From Paraphysomonas bandaiensis (Eukaryota; Protista; Chrysophyceae): DNA of 64,000 bases. Below the pieces are notes generated by a model, which was not told the origin of the DNA, did not search any database, and was given only the letters and a program-made list of their open reading frames with translations. The stretch lies in the NCBI GenBank assembly GCA_965644295.1, contig CBFFRP010000379.1:1-64000 (forward strand), given 5' to 3'. This document shows, piece after piece, positions 61,994-64,000 of this stretch. Both the position numbers and the translations under genes were made by a program. Positions within the stretch are counted from its first letter, which is position 1. The number at the start of each line of letters is the position of its first letter.

Positions 61994-63998
61994 CTACACA
62001 ACAGTGCGCTTGTGCAATGGGTTCGACATGAGATCAACTGAACTCACACGTTGATTCGTATCTGAATAGCGCAAAGAGCTACTTTTCATTTCAACCTCAA
62101 TAGATTCACCTTTCTGAGGCTGTTCTGTTTTTACATAGAATCGATCTATACTCTCATTTTCACCGAGTTCAGTTTGTAGGTTCAAGATGACACTATCTGT
62201 CCGATCCTTACGTTTGTATCTTCCATCCCGAGCGAGTAACAGATTAAATGCAAAGAAGTCCAGAGCTTCATTTCGCTCAGCGATGGAGTAGGTTTCGGGT
62301 AACGTGATCGCATTAGCATAAAAACCAAATAACCATACCAGTACTGTTACAACAAAAGGAACAACTACACTCATATTTCCCTGTGCCACTCCAGCAGTGT
62401 TAATAAGGACGGACTGGAACTTGCTACGACATTCGAGATAGTCTTGTTCCAGGATCCTCGGTGGATTGGTGGCTGCGTTTACCATAGCACTCTCACTAAG
62501 AGACAAGGTGTTGTTGCAGCTGCCGTAATTAACCTGGTAGTAATATGTGCTCACAGAATGTAGAGAGCTGTCTGCCACATATGCAGAGAGAATTGAGCAC
62601 GATGTGCCATCAGAGAGTCGACAGAATTCATATGCCTTTTCTCTCCATACATCATTTCCTCGTGTACTGCTCAAATAATTCGCAACATCAAATGAGGCGT
62701 TGTACGAATTTCTATTGATATCATACATACTCTGTTGAGAGGCAAGCTCTGCCAGTTTTGCGATAGATTCATTCCTGTTGCTCCCGAAATCATAAAAGAG
62801 TAGTCCCACCATGAGGTTGAAACTGTTGCACGCTGAACTAGTCCCTATTGGGGTATCGCAAAAACAATATTCTGGTGTTGTGGATGATGCACCAGCGTGA
62901 TTAAAAGTAGGAAGCATTAGTATATCCCCTACCAACATACCACACATAGAACTGACGTTGCCATCAACGGAAGAAATCGTAGAACAGAGAATAGGCTGCA
63001 TCCCTACTTGCAATTAAGTGCGATGCCGAGCATATATAGCACAAAAACAACATACCTGCATAGATGGAAAAGTAATAAGAATTAGAAACAACTGTAATAT
63101 TTCCATTCACTAGGGTTGACTCAGTGCCTGCCACAATATCGAGATATGCAAGAGGAGTTACATTCAGATTAACTGACAATGCTATCACCAGCGATCGTAC
63201 ATCTAGAGAAAGGGAGAAAATATCACCATCAAAAATAGCATCATAGCCTGCGTGAAAAGGGTTCAAAATGTCCATGCAAGCTGGTGTTGATGTAAAGAGA
63301 GCATTATCGTATTTCATCATCAAGAGAGACAAACTTTTATCGAAGGATGTTGTTGCATTGAGGGGACAATATTCTTGTTCATTCCCAATTGCCGCTATGA
63401 CCTTTCGGTCGAATATAACACTGGGATTTCCAGTTAACTTGACTGTATTATAACTACCACCTGATTCCTGTCCCTCTGCCCAAGCCATCCAATAGAGGAG
63501 ATTGTAACTTAAACTCTCATTTCTTCCGGCTTCTCCAATAGACGATAAACTCAAAAGATAATTCCTCATAGATTCCTCGAACTCAGAATTAGTGGTTAGA
63601 AAATTATTGAAGTCAAAGGAATATACTGCCGCTGAGTACGTGAATCCTATCGCACCCTCCCATGTCCCAGTATCATCTAGCAGATACTCACCATCTAACG
63701 ACCTTGAGACCTTCGTACAGTCCCCCGCATCCTTAGAGAGAGCGAGATACCTCTCCGACTGAGCATCTAAAAAACTAAGTATAAAGACAAGAATAAAGAG
63801 TCCCAATACGATCAGATAGAGTGCGGAGCCGACTGCACCCGCATATTGAGAGGGAAGATTCTGGATATACTCTGAGGGGATGTTGGCATAAAACAACTCT
63901 TTCCAGCTCTCTTTAGTACCCGCTATACCGCACCAGATAATCTGCTTAAATTTCTTTATGTTCCATTTGATTCGGTGCCATATACCCTCCACCTTCAT
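61994..63998 (-). CDS. Uncharacterised membrane protein (two TM segments flanking a Cys-containing extracellular region); may be 5'-partial
   Basis: Two long ORFs joinable by a short intron near 63006-63054; hydrophobic LYLIVLGLFILVFIL and VVPFVVTVLVWLFGF. Confidence 0.7.
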
Positions 63999-64000
63999 TG

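Overview
Intron-containing eukaryotic genomic DNA, probably a protist (a stramenopile is plausible but is inference). The main feature is a complete endogenous Polinton-like virus (PLV) of ~17.7 kb at 11031-28699. It has 402-bp terminal inverted repeats and a GCTGAA target-site duplication. It encodes a double-jelly-roll major capsid protein, penton, A32 ATPase, coiled-coil fibre, rve integrase, an exonuclease-less PolB, an SF3 helicase, HNH and GIY-YIG nucleases, and no recognisable maturation protease. Unusual features of this virus: three extra insertion-less penton-like domains, a TTG instead of ATG at the capsid gene start, two position-fixed upstream motifs that separate non-structural from structural genes, a candidate -1 frameshift adding a hydrophobic tail, and a helically phased palindromic repeat array. 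A second, related PLV (right end only, 3209-6025) is interrupted inside its penton gene by a chromodomain Gypsy LTR retrotransposon. The rest is host genes (REEP/HVA22, ALDH6A1, pfkB kinase, Sec14, U2AF65-like, WD40, PP2C, IRE1 with a CCCH finger, ArfGAP, FKBP-SAP), a (TATG)n microsatellite, MITE-like repeats and truncated non-LTR retroelement copies. All calls come from reading motifs by eye; no database searches were run.
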